In this document: piece by piece, positions 49,525-58,654 of the stretch
Position numbering within the stretch: position 1 is the first letter of the stretch
Layout: each line of letters opens with the position of its first letter
Assembly (NCBI GenBank): GCA_035685405.1
Contig: DASSAL010000107.1
Coordinates: 5,089 to 69,088 of the forward strand
Direction: 5' to 3'
DNA from: Actinoplanes sp.
Lineage (GTDB): Bacteria > Actinomycetota > Actinomycetes > Mycobacteriales > Micromonosporaceae
DNA: 64,000 nt
Translations under genes and position numbers: made by a program
Notes under the pieces: model-generated
What the model saw: only the letters and a program-made list of their open reading frames with translations
Databases searched by the model: none
Told to the model about the DNA's origin: nothing

Positions 49525-50384
49525 TTGGTGTGCTCCTTGGTGGTGGTGGTGGTGGGCAGGCCGAGCCGGCCCTTGGTGACGGCCACGACGACGAGGCCGA
49601 TGATGACGAAGGCGAGCAGGTGGAAGACGCCGACCGTGGTCGAGTCGGCCGGGTAGAGGTGGCGCAGCAGGCCGCCCCCGCCGAAGCCGGCACCCGGTGC
49701 GGCGGCGTTGCCGGCGGCGTGCAGCAGGCCGAGCACCAGCAGGCTGCCGGTGCGGTTCCAGACCCAACCGGTGAGGAACCGGTACGGGATGGCCACCACA
49801 GCCAGGCCGGCCATCAGGATGACCGCGAGGATCGGCGGGTTGCCGACCGCCAGCGACACGTGCTGCAGCGCGAACAGCGGGGCGACGATCACCGCGGCCA
49901 GCGCCGGGCCGTGCCGCCGTTGCAGGCGCGCCTGCACGAATCCGGACCAGACGCCTTCCTCGGCCCAGTTGTTCGGGATCAGCGTGAGCGCCAGCTGGGC
50001 CAGGAACACCCCGGCCAGCGTGGCCGGCACGTCCTCGGGCGCGCCGAGCAGCAGCACGCCGAGCCCGACCGTGACTGCCGGTACGACCAGCAGCGCCAGC
50101 GCGTACCAGCGCAGGGACACCCGCCAGTCCACGAACCGGCGGAGCATCCGGCGCAGCGCCTCCGGCCCGTCCACCAGCCGGGTCAGCACCAGCGCCGGCA
50201 GCAGCAGGCCGACCAGCGTGCTGCCGATGATGAAGAGCTGGTCCGGTACGGCGGTGTCGAGCACCAGCGGCGCGAAGGCGAACGCCTGCCCGACGGTGAA
50301 GAACCAGCCGAAGAAGGCGGTCAGGGGATGCCGCTGGATCCAAGTGGTCCGGACCGGGGCGGCGGCTTCGATGGCGTGCAGCAT
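49521..50384 (-). CDS. CPBP (Abi/CAAX) family intramembrane metalloprotease
   Basis: AEEGVWSGF (EExxxR-like, Arg replaced by Ser), FALQH, LLHAAGN. Confidence 0.85.
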   Translation of the reverse strand: MLHAIEAAAPVRTTWIQRHPLTAFFGWFFTVGQAFAFAPLVLDTAVPDQLFIIGSTLVGLLLPALVLTRLVDGPEALRRMLRRFVDWRVSLRWYALALLVVPAVTVGLGVLLLGAPEDVPATLAGVFLAQLALTLIPNNWAEEGVWSGFVQARLQRRHGPALAAVIVAPLFALQHVSLAVGNPPILAVILMAGLAVVAIPYRFLTGWVWNRTGSLLVLGLLHAAGNAAAPGAGFGGGGLLRHLYPADSTTVGVFHLLAFVIIGLVVVAVTKGRLGLPTTTTTKEHTK

Positions 50385-50397
50385 GACGGTTCTCCTT

Positions 50398-50739
50398 TCA
50401 GAGGTGCAGCACGAACAGGTTGTCGCCGGCGGGCACGAAGTCCTCGGCCAGCAGGGCCGCGTCGATCTCGGCGCGGCCGCCGCGGATCGAGATGACCGAG
50501 GTGTCGGTCCGGCGCAGGGCGGCGATCAGGTCGCGGACCAACCGGGGCAGCAGATCCTGATCGGGTGTGCTGACCGCGGCGATCGAGACGACATGGGTGG
50601 CGCCGTTCGCGGTGCGCCGGGTCAGGGCGGTACCGGCCGGCGGTTGGTCCGGGGACGCGGCCGCGTCCGCCAGCTCCCACCAGATCTCGCCGTCCCGCAC
50701 GGTCCGGTCGGCCCGGCGGAGGACCAGCAGGCTGGACAT
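50398..50739 (-). CDS. Hypothetical protein (possibly degenerate GNAT-like fold)
   Basis: GAGGAG RBS, GC3-rich codons, first gene of the operon. Confidence 0.6.
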   Translation of the reverse strand: MSSLLVLRRADRTVRDGEIWWELADAAASPDQPPAGTALTRRTANGATHVVSIAAVSTPDQDLLPRLVRDLIAALRRTDTSVISIRGGRAEIDAALLAEDFVPAGDNLFVLHL

Positions 50740-50784
50740 CGGTGACTCCTCGTATCTCGTCGGTTGACGAGTCGAGAGTCGCGG

Positions 50785-53742
50785 TCAGGGCTTGCCGGGT
50801 CCTTGCAAAACCTTTGACAACGTCAGAAGCCGGGGACTGCGGCAGGCATCGTCGAGTTCCGCCTGCGCTGCATCGGCCCGTTCGACCAGCTCAGCGGCGA
50901 ACCGCCGGTTGCCCGCCGCAGCGTGCGCCTCGGCGCGCAGCATCAGATACATGGCCGTCCACAGGCGGACGCCGGAGGCCGCATACGCCGCGTCGGCCCC
51001 GTCCATCCGGTCCGCCGCCGCCGCGTCCCCGAGCAGAGCGTCCGACCAGGCCGCCAGCAGGGTCGCATGCAGCCGGAACATCGGGAATTCGAACCGCTCG
51101 CTGTCCGACCGGGCAGCCCGGGCGTGCCGGCCGGCCGTCGCCGCGTCCCCGCGCATCGCGGCCAGCCAGGCATGGTGCAGATGGACGTGGATCCCGGTGG
51201 GTTGGGCGCGGACGGCCGCCCGGGACTCGGCGAGCTCCATGGCCCGGTCGGCCGCCTCCTCGTCACCACGGACGTGCGCGATGAGCGACGCATACCCGGC
51301 CACGGACACCTCGACGGTCGAGATGGCACCCGGGATCCGCAACTCCGGGTCGGCCGCGGACAGCTCCTCGAAGCGGCGCAGGTGCTCGTCCGCCTCGTCG
51401 ATCCGGCCGCGGTGGAAGGCGGTCCAGCCGATCACGAAATGGGCGCCCAGCCGGCCGATCGGCGGCAGGCCGTCAGCCAGCGCCCGCTCGGCGATCTCGG
51501 CGGCTCGCCCGTAGCGGCCGCCCACGCTGCCCATCAGCAGATTGCCCACCCAGCCGGCGGTGCTGTCCGGGTCGGTGGGCGGCGGCACGGCCTCGTCCAG
51601 CAGCGGCGGATCGGCAGCCGTGCCGCTGGTCCAGGTGCGCACTGTTCGGAGCTTGCCGCGCACCGCGGCCGCCAGCGCCGCCCGTTCGGCCGGATCGGAT
51701 ACCGCGGCCAGCCGGTCGAGCGCCTCCTCGAGCAGCCGCACCGCCTCCTCGTGCGCGTACCGGGACAATGCGTCGTCGGAGGCGGCCAGCAGGTACGGCA
51801 CCGCCGCCGCCGGTCCCACGATCGGCGCGGCCAGGCTCAGGTGCCGGGCCAGGTCCAGCCCCTGTTGCGGGGTCAGCACCGGGCGGGCCCGCAGGGCTTC
51901 GGCCAGCTTCGCGTGCAGGCGGGTCCGCCGGGCGCCGGAAACGTGCTCGACCAGCGTCTGCCGGACCAGGTCGTGGGTCAGCACGAAGCCGTCGGCGTCC
52001 TCGGTCAGCAACTCGGCCAGCAGCGCCGATTCGACGGCGTCCAGCACCGCGTCCGGGTCCAGGCCGGTGACCCGGGCCAGCATGTCCACGTCGGCCGGCC
52101 CACCGGCCAGCGCGACCACGGTGAGCAGCGCGGCGGTCTGCCCGGGCAGCCGGTCCAGCCGTCGGCGGAGCACCTCCCGGACATGCTCCGGCAGCGCCGC
52201 CGCGACGTTGCCGGCGTCCAGCCGCCGTTCACTGCTGAGCAGGCGGACCAGCTCGCCGACGAAGAGCGGGTTGCCACCGGTACGGGCGGTGATCGCAGCC
52301 ACCACGGCGGGCTCGGCCACCACACCGGTCAATCGGTGCACCAGCCCGCCCACGGCGTCCGGGTCAAGGCCGGGCAGCGCCACGGTGCGCACCCGGTCGC
52401 GCGGCAACCGCCCGATCATGTCCCGCACGGCGTCCGCACCAGCCTCGTACGACCGGACCGCGACCGCGAACGTCACCCCGTCCCCGGCCAGCTCGTCCAC
52501 CGCCAGGCCGAGCAGGGTCAGGGTGTCCGGGTCGACCCAGTGGGCGTCGTCCAGCAGCACGGCCACCGGCTGCGCGGTGCCGGCGGCGGCGAGCAGGTCC
52601 ACCACGCCGCGGTAGAGCGTGGTCCGGGACAGCGGGCCGTCCGCGCCGCCGTCGCCCGTGCCGTCACCGCGGCCGAGCAGCGCCAGTGCGGCGGCCGACG
52701 CGCTGCCCTCGGCCGCCGGGCTGGACCGGTGCGCGGCCAGCTCCCGGATGATCGTCACCCAGGGCCAGAGGGCCGGCGTGCCCGCGCCCACGCCGGCGCC
52801 GCGCAGCACCAGCCCGCCAGCGCGCTGGACCCGGTCGGCCAGCGCCTGCAGCATCGTGGTCTTGCCCAGGCCCGCCGGGGCGTCCAGGAGCAGCAACCGT
52901 CCCCGGCCGGCCACCGCGTCGTCCAGCTCGGCCAGCGCCTCGTCCCGCCCGAGCGGGCCGCCGTCCGGTCGCTCCGAACCGCCGCGGCGATCCGGGACCA
53001 CGCCCTCGACCGGGCGCAGCGCCGGGTCCTGACGCAGGATCCGCTGCTCCAGCTCACGGGTCTCGGGTGCCGGGTCCAGGCCCAGTTCCTCGGCCAGCAC
53101 CCGGCGCAGCTCGGCAGCCGCGGCCACCGCATCGGACTGCCGGCCGGTGCGGTAGAGCGCCAGCATCAGCGTCTGCCAGCCGTGCTCGTGGAAGGGGTGC
53201 GCGGTGACGAACCGGCGCGCCTCGGCGACCACCGCGTCCGCCTCACCGACCGCCAGCATCGCGTCCAGCAGCATGCCGGTGGCGGACAGCCGCAGCTCGG
53301 CCAGCCGGGTCGCCTCGTCCCGAGCGAACGACAGCGCGCGCAGATCGGCGAGCGCCTCACCGCGCCACAGGTCGAGGGCATCCCGGAGCACCGGGATCGC
53401 CTCGGCCGACGGCAGCGTACGGGCCCGCGACACCAGCGCCACGAACCGGGTGACGTCCACCTCGTCCGGGTCGAGGTCCAGGGTCCAGCCGGGCGGCCGG
53501 GTGACGATCGGCGCAGCAGCGCCCAGCACCCGCCGTAGCCGGGAGATGTACGACTGCAGGCTCAGCGTCGCCCGCGACGGCGGCTCGTCCCGCCACAGCT
53601 CGTCGACCAGCCGGTCCAGCGGCACCACCCGGCCGGCGTTGAGCGCCAGCAGGGCGAAGACCGCACGCTGCTTCGACCCGCCCAGGCTGAGGTCGGTGCC
53701 GTCGCATTCGGCGGACACCGGCCCGAGCAGCGTGACCCTCAC
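50785..53742 (-). CDS. AfsR/SARP family regulator (wHTH-BTAD-AAA ATPase-TPR)
   Basis: LLGPV, LQSYISRLRR, LMLALYRTGRQSDA..LAEELGLDP, APAGLGKT, LLDDAHW, TGGNPLFV. Confidence 0.92.
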   Translation of the reverse strand: MRVTLLGPVSAECDGTDLSLGGSKQRAVFALLALNAGRVVPLDRLVDELWRDEPPSRATLSLQSYISRLRRVLGAAAPIVTRPPGWTLDLDPDEVDVTRFVALVSRARTLPSAEAIPVLRDALDLWRGEALADLRALSFARDEATRLAELRLSATGMLLDAMLAVGEADAVVAEARRFVTAHPFHEHGWQTLMLALYRTGRQSDAVAAAAELRRVLAEELGLDPAPETRELEQRILRQDPALRPVEGVVPDRRGGSERPDGGPLGRDEALAELDDAVAGRGRLLLLDAPAGLGKTTMLQALADRVQRAGGLVLRGAGVGAGTPALWPWVTIIRELAAHRSSPAAEGSASAAALALLGRGDGTGDGGADGPLSRTTLYRGVVDLLAAAGTAQPVAVLLDDAHWVDPDTLTLLGLAVDELAGDGVTFAVAVRSYEAGADAVRDMIGRLPRDRVRTVALPGLDPDAVGGLVHRLTGVVAEPAVVAAITARTGGNPLFVGELVRLLSSERRLDAGNVAAALPEHVREVLRRRLDRLPGQTAALLTVVALAGGPADVDMLARVTGLDPDAVLDAVESALLAELLTEDADGFVLTHDLVRQTLVEHVSGARRTRLHAKLAEALRARPVLTPQQGLDLARHLSLAAPIVGPAAAVPYLLAASDDALSRYAHEEAVRLLEEALDRLAAVSDPAERAALAAAVRGKLRTVRTWTSGTAADPPLLDEAVPPPTDPDSTAGWVGNLLMGSVGGRYGRAAEIAERALADGLPPIGRLGAHFVIGWTAFHRGRIDEADEHLRRFEELSAADPELRIPGAISTVEVSVAGYASLIAHVRGDEEAADRAMELAESRAAVRAQPTGIHVHLHHAWLAAMRGDAATAGRHARAARSDSERFEFPMFRLHATLLAAWSDALLGDAAAADRMDGADAAYAASGVRLWTAMYLMLRAEAHAAAGNRRFAAELVERADAAQAELDDACRSPRLLTLSKVLQGPGKP

Positions 53743-53795
53743 GCGCGCCGAGTCTGCCAGGTCGCGCGGGCAGGCACGTCCGCCTGCAGGCGTAC

Positions 53796-53833
53796 GCCGC
53801 GGGGTGCCGGTCCATCGGCCGGCACCCCGCGGC
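53796..53833 (-). terminator. Terminator hairpin after the sugar ABC operon
   Basis: 15-bp stem GCCGCGGGGTGCCGG/CCGGCACCCCGCGGC. Confidence 0.75.
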
Positions 53834-53836
53834 CGG

Positions 53837-54622
53837 TCACGCGGTGGCCGACGGCGGCGGGGCCGCCCCGGTCATGATGGCCACCGCCTCGGACATGGAA
53901 TGGGACTCCGGGGTGATCACCGTGGCCCGCCGGCCCAGGCGCTGGATGTGGATCCGGTCCGCCACCTCGAATACGTGCGGCATGTTGTGGCTGATCAGGA
54001 TCACCGGCAGACCGCGGTCCCGGACGTCCCGGATCAGCTGCAGCACCCGGTTGCCCTCCTTGACACCCAACGCGGCGGTGGGCTCGTCCAGGATCACCAC
54101 CTTGCTGCCGAACGCGGCCGACCGGGCCACCGCCACGGCCTGCCGCTGACCGCCGGAGAGCGACTCCACCGCCTGGCCGATGTTCTGCAGCGTGGCCACG
54201 CCCAGCTCGGACATGTGCCGTTTGGCCTCCGAGCGCATGTGCGTGCGGTCCAGCAGCCGGAACACCGAACCGAGCACGCCCTTCTTGCGCTCCTCCCGGC
54301 CGAGGAACAGGTTGTCCGCGATGTCCAGGCCGGGCGCCACCGCCAGGGTCTGGTAGACGGTCTCGATGCCGGCCGCGCGGGCGTCCATCGGATTGCGGAA
54401 GTGCACCACCTGGCCGTCGAGGAAGATCTCCCCGCTGTCCGGGACCAGCGCCCCGGACAGCGCCTTGATCAGGCTGGACTTGCCGGCCCCGTTGTCGCCG
54501 ATCACGGCGAGGATCTCGCCGGGGTACAGCTCCAGGTCGCTGCCGTCGATCGCCACCACCCGGCCGTACCGCTTGGTCAGGTTCTTCGCCTGCAACACCG
54601 GCGTCATGGTCGCCGTGGTCAC
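53837..54622 (-). CDS. Monosaccharide ABC transporter ATP-binding protein (FrcA-like)
   Basis: GDNGAGKSS, LSGGQRQ, ILDEPTAALG. Confidence 0.92.
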   Translation of the reverse strand: MTTATMTPVLQAKNLTKRYGRVVAIDGSDLELYPGEILAVIGDNGAGKSSLIKALSGALVPDSGEIFLDGQVVHFRNPMDARAAGIETVYQTLAVAPGLDIADNLFLGREERKKGVLGSVFRLLDRTHMRSEAKRHMSELGVATLQNIGQAVESLSGGQRQAVAVARSAAFGSKVVILDEPTAALGVKEGNRVLQLIRDVRDRGLPVILISHNMPHVFEVADRIHIQRLGRRATVITPESHSMSEAVAIMTGAAPPPSATA

Positions 54623-55656
54623 GTCTTCACCTTCCTGATCCACTGGTCCAGGGACACCGCGATGAGGACCAGCAGGCCGATCGCGAAGCCCTGCCAGACC
54701 ACCTCGACGCCGGCCAGCTGCAGGCCGTTGCGGAACACGCCGACGATCAGCGCGCCGATCAGCGTGCCGAGCACGCCGCCCCGGCCACCGAACAGGCTCG
54801 TGCCGCCCAGCACCACGGCGGTGATCGAGTCGAGGTTGTACTCGGCGCCGACGTTCGGGCTGGCCGACGCCAACCGGCCGATCAGGATCCAGGCACCGAC
54901 CGCGTAGAGCAGGCCGGCCACCGTGTACACCGAGAACAGCACCCGGTCGGTGCGAATACCGGCCAGCCGCGCCGCTTCGATGTCGTCTCCGGTGGCGTAC
55001 ACGTGCTTGCCCCAGGCGGTGCGGCTCAACGCGTACCAGAAGTACGCGAAGAGCAGCAGCATGATCAACGACCCGTAGGTGAGCCGGAAGCCGCCGATCG
55101 GGATGGTGGTTCCGGTCCAGGTCATCAGCCCGGGCATCTCCGAACCGCGGACCGTCTCACTCTTGGAGACCACCTGATTGAGCGAGAAGAAGATGGTCAG
55201 CGTGCCGAGCGTGACGATGAACGGCGGCAATTTGATCCGGGTGACCAGGAAGCCGTTGATCGCACCCATCGCGGTGCCGCAGATCAGGCCGAGGATGAGG
55301 GCCACCACGCCGGGCAGCCCCATGTCGGTGCAGAACGCCGCCATCAGGACGCCGGAGAAGACCGCGATGGCGCCGGCCGACAGGTCGATGCCCGCGGTCA
55401 GGATGATCAGGGTCTGCCCCAGTGCGAGCACCGCGATGACCGTGACCTGCGCCAACACCAGGGACAGGTTGGCCGCGGAGAAGAACCGGGTGTTGACGAT
55501 CGAGAACGCGATGATCGACACGAGCAGGACGGCGAGCGGGCCCAGCACGGGATTGCCGTGCAGGATGTGCTGGATCCGCAAGCCGATCGAGTCGCGTTGG
55601 TGTGTCTCGAAGTCAGCGCCGGAACCGGCCGGGGGTTCTTTCGTGACAGTGGTCAT
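54619..55656 (-). CDS. Monosaccharide ABC transporter permease (FrcC-like)
   Basis: GIDLS, PPFIVTLG, AVVLGGTSLFGG. Confidence 0.92.
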   Translation of the reverse strand: MTTVTKEPPAGSGADFETHQRDSIGLRIQHILHGNPVLGPLAVLLVSIIAFSIVNTRFFSAANLSLVLAQVTVIAVLALGQTLIILTAGIDLSAGAIAVFSGVLMAAFCTDMGLPGVVALILGLICGTAMGAINGFLVTRIKLPPFIVTLGTLTIFFSLNQVVSKSETVRGSEMPGLMTWTGTTIPIGGFRLTYGSLIMLLLFAYFWYALSRTAWGKHVYATGDDIEAARLAGIRTDRVLFSVYTVAGLLYAVGAWILIGRLASASPNVGAEYNLDSITAVVLGGTSLFGGRGGVLGTLIGALIVGVFRNGLQLAGVEVVWQGFAIGLLVLIAVSLDQWIRKVKT

Positions 55657-55659
55657 GGC

Positions 55660-56724
55660 TCAGCCCCAGCAGTTCTCTTTGCCCCAGGTGGAGTCCTCGG
55701 CCTCAACCCCGTCCTGCGGCTGGTCGGTGATCAGCGTGACGCCGGTGTCGGTGAAGGTCTTGCCCTCGGTGGCCTGCGGCTTGGTGCCGTCCTTGGCGAA
55801 CGCGGCCACCGCCGCGACGCCGTCCTGGGCCATCTTCAGCGGGAACTGCATGGAGGTGGCGCCGATGACGCCGGCCTTGACGTTGTCCACGCCCGGGCAG
55901 CCGCCGTCCACCGACACGATGGTGACGTCCTTCTCCCTGCCGGCCGCCTTGATCGCCTCGTACGCACCGGCCGCGGCCGGCTCGTTGATGGTGTAGACGA
56001 GGTTGATGGACGGGTCCTTCTGCAGCATGTTCTCCATCGCCGTCCGGCCACCGTCCTCGGCCCCGTCGGTCACGTCGTGCCCGACGATCCGCGGGTCCGA
56101 CTCGTCGCCGATCCTCGCCTTGTCCTTGACGTCGATGCCGAAGCCTTCGAGGAATCCCTGATCGCGCTGGACGTCCACGGAGACCTGGTTGGCGTTGAGG
56201 TCGAGCAGCGCGATCTTCGCCTGCTTGCCGTCCTTATCGAACTTCGCCTTGGCCCACTGCCCGATCAGCAGGCCGGCCTGGTAGTTGTCGGTGGCGAAGG
56301 TGGCGTCCACCGCGTCCGGCGGGTCGGTCGGTGTGTCCAGGGCGATGACCAGGATGCCCTGCTGCTTGGCCTGGTCGATGGACGGCACGATGGCCTTGGA
56401 GTCGCTCGGCGTGATCAGGATGCCCTTGGCACCGGCCGAGATCAGGCTCTCGATCGCCTGCACCTGAGCCTCGTTGTCGCCGTCCTGTTTGCCGGCGAAC
56501 GACTGGAGCTGGAGACCCGCCTGGGTGGCCGCCTGCTGCGCGCCCTCTTTCATCTTGACGAAGAACGGGTTGGTGTCGGTCTTGGTGATCAGTCCGACGA
56601 TGTCCTGGTCACCGCCGGAGCCGGAACCTCCACCGTCGTCGCCGCCACAAGCCGCCGCCCCGAATGCCAGGGTGGCCGCACAACCCGCGGCGAGCGCGGT
56701 CCGAATGGGATGGGGGTGGCGCAT
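55660..56724 (-). CDS. Monosaccharide ABC binding lipoprotein (FrcB-like, probably fructose)
   Basis: Lipobox [39 protein letters not shown]-terminus. Confidence 0.9.
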   Translation of the reverse strand: MRHPHPIRTALAAGCAATLAFGAAACGGDDGGGSGSGGDQDIVGLITKTDTNPFFVKMKEGAQQAATQAGLQLQSFAGKQDGDNEAQVQAIESLISAGAKGILITPSDSKAIVPSIDQAKQQGILVIALDTPTDPPDAVDATFATDNYQAGLLIGQWAKAKFDKDGKQAKIALLDLNANQVSVDVQRDQGFLEGFGIDVKDKARIGDESDPRIVGHDVTDGAEDGGRTAMENMLQKDPSINLVYTINEPAAAGAYEAIKAAGREKDVTIVSVDGGCPGVDNVKAGVIGATSMQFPLKMAQDGVAAVAAFAKDGTKPQATEGKTFTDTGVTLITDQPQDGVEAEDSTWGKENCWG

Positions 56725-56769
56725 GTCTCCTCCAAATCGATTTAGCCGGTCCAGAGACGCAGCTATCGC

Positions 56770-56785
56770 GAGACAACGTTGTCTC
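56770..56785. promoter_or_regulatory. LacI-type operator
   Basis: Perfect 16-bp palindrome GAGACAACGTTGTCTC between the divergent frcB-like and LacI genes. Confidence 0.8.
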
Positions 56786-56866
56786 TACTAGACGACCGGA
56801 GGCATTTGCTGTCAACAATGAGTTTCCAAGATGCCGCAACTGTGATCGTCTTGTGAGGAGGGCACC

Positions 56867-57877
56867 GTGTCCGGGGCATCCCGGCCCACCATGATCGACG
56901 TGGCCCGGACCGCCGGCGTGAGCCTGAAAACCGTGTCCCGAGTGGTCAACGGCGAGACCACGGTGGCGCCCGACCTGGCCGCCCGGGTGCGGGCCGCCGT
57001 CGAGTCACTGCACTACCGGCCGCACCTCGGGGCCACCATGCTGCGGCGCAACGACCGCCGCACCCGGACCATCGGCGTCCTGCTGGAAGACGTCGGCAAC
57101 CCGTTCTCGGCCGTGCTGCACCGGGCGATCGAGGACGAGGCCCGGCTGCACGGAGTGCAGGTGCTGATCGGCAGCATCGACGAGGATCCGCGCCGCGAAC
57201 GGGAACTGGCCGGCGCGTTCACCCAGCGGCACGCGGACGGGCTGATCGTGGCACCGACCGGGGACGGGCAGCAGTATCTGCATTCCCTTCCGGACATCCC
57301 GGTGGTCTTCGTGGACCGGCCCGGCAGCGGCCACACCGCCGACTCGGTGCTCGCCACCAACGTGTCCGGCGCCGGCGACGCGGTCCGGCACCTGGTCGCG
57401 CAGGGCCACCGGCGCATCGCCTACCTCGGTGACCAGCCCGGCATCCCGACCGCGCGCGAGCGGCACCGCGGTTATCTCAGCGCGCTCACCGCGGCCGGCC
57501 TGACGCCCTTCGCCGAGCGGCGGCTGCGGCACCCGTCCTATGCGGAAAGCGCCACGCTCAGCCTGGTCAACCGGCCGGACCCGCCGACCGGCCTGTTCAC
57601 CAGCCAGAACCTGATCACCATCGGCGCGTTCCGGGCGCTGCGCCGGCTGGGGCTGCACCACCGGATCGCGCTGGTCGGCTTCGACGACTTCCCGCTGGCC
57701 GACCTGCTCGAGCCGGCCGTCACGGTGGTGGCGCAGGACCCGATGACCATGGGCCGGACGGCGGTCCGGGCGTTGTTCGAGCGAATCGACGGCGCCACCG
57801 GCCCGGCCCGCGAGTTCTGGATACCGACCCGGCTGATCCGGCGGGGTTCGGGAGAGATCCGGCCGGCGTCCGCGTAG
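56867..57877 (+). CDS. LacI family transcriptional regulator
   Basis: TMIDVARTAGVSLKTVSRVVN, GFDDF. Confidence 0.93.
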   Translation: MSGASRPTMIDVARTAGVSLKTVSRVVNGETTVAPDLAARVRAAVESLHYRPHLGATMLRRNDRRTRTIGVLLEDVGNPFSAVLHRAIEDEARLHGVQVLIGSIDEDPRRERELAGAFTQRHADGLIVAPTGDGQQYLHSLPDIPVVFVDRPGSGHTADSVLATNVSGAGDAVRHLVAQGHRRIAYLGDQPGIPTARERHRGYLSALTAAGLTPFAERRLRHPSYAESATLSLVNRPDPPTGLFTSQNLITIGAFRALRRLGLHHRIALVGFDDFPLADLLEPAVTVVAQDPMTMGRTAVRALFERIDGATGPAREFWIPTRLIRRGSGEIRPASA

Positions 57878-57886
57878 GTTCGGGCG

Positions 57887-58408
57887 GTGCGCCTCCTGCT
57901 GATGTCCGACACGCACGTGCCCAGGCGGGCGCGCGACCTGCCACCGGAGTTGTGGGCCGAGGTGGACGCGGCCGACGTCGTGTTCCACGCCGGCGACTGG
58001 GTGGACGTGCCGCTGCTGGACACACTCGAGACACGATCCCGGCGGCTGGTCGCCTGTTACGGCAACAACGACGGCCCAGCGCTGCGAGCCCGGCTGCCGC
58101 TGATCAACCGGGTGGTGCTGGACGGCGTCCGGTTCGCCGTGGTGCACGAGACCGGGGCGGCCACCGGGCGGGAAGCCCGCTGCGCGACCCGGTACCCGGA
58201 CACCGACGTCCTGGTGTTCGGTCACTCGCACATCCCGTGGGACACCGTCGCACCGACCGGGTTGCGCCTGCTCAACCCCGGCTCGCCGACGGATCGCCGG
58301 CGCCAGCCGTACGCCACCTTCATGACCGCCACGCTGCGCGACGGCACGCTGGGTGAGATCCGGTTGCACACCATCGCCCGCCCCCCGCGGGAGCAGAACG
58401 TCCGATAA
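57887..58408 (+). CDS. YfcE/MJ0936-type metallophosphoesterase
   Basis: SDTH, HAGD, GNND, FGHSH, LNPGS. Confidence 0.92.
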   Translation: MRLLLMSDTHVPRRARDLPPELWAEVDAADVVFHAGDWVDVPLLDTLETRSRRLVACYGNNDGPALRARLPLINRVVLDGVRFAVVHETGAATGREARCATRYPDTDVLVFGHSHIPWDTVAPTGLRLLNPGSPTDRRRQPYATFMTATLRDGTLGEIRLHTIARPPREQNVR

Positions 58409-58654
58409 TGAACCACGAGTCACCGGCGACCACCGAGGACGCGCACGGATCCAGGCGGCCACGGCGGGTAGGATCCGGGAGCGGCGGTCGACAGGGACTC
58501 AATAGATGCAACTTGCACATGAACAAAGCCCATAGTCGACAAAAGCTCCAAACTTCAATGATCAAGTTGGTCGCACCGAACGCGCGACTACTATGACCGT
58601 TCACCGCATTCGAAAGCGCTCCGCGCCCGGAGAGCTCTAGTTCGGAGACGTCCG

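Noticed and set aside
57887..58408. Metallophosphoesterase as part of the caspase-EAL system
   Set aside because: It is a common YfcE-type gene 9 nt after the LacI gene and is separated from the caspase by the AT-rich leader. Linkage is unsupported without synteny data.
58408..58596. 62-aa ORF upstream of the caspase
   Set aside because: Atypical codon usage and no recognisable motif; more likely promoter DNA.
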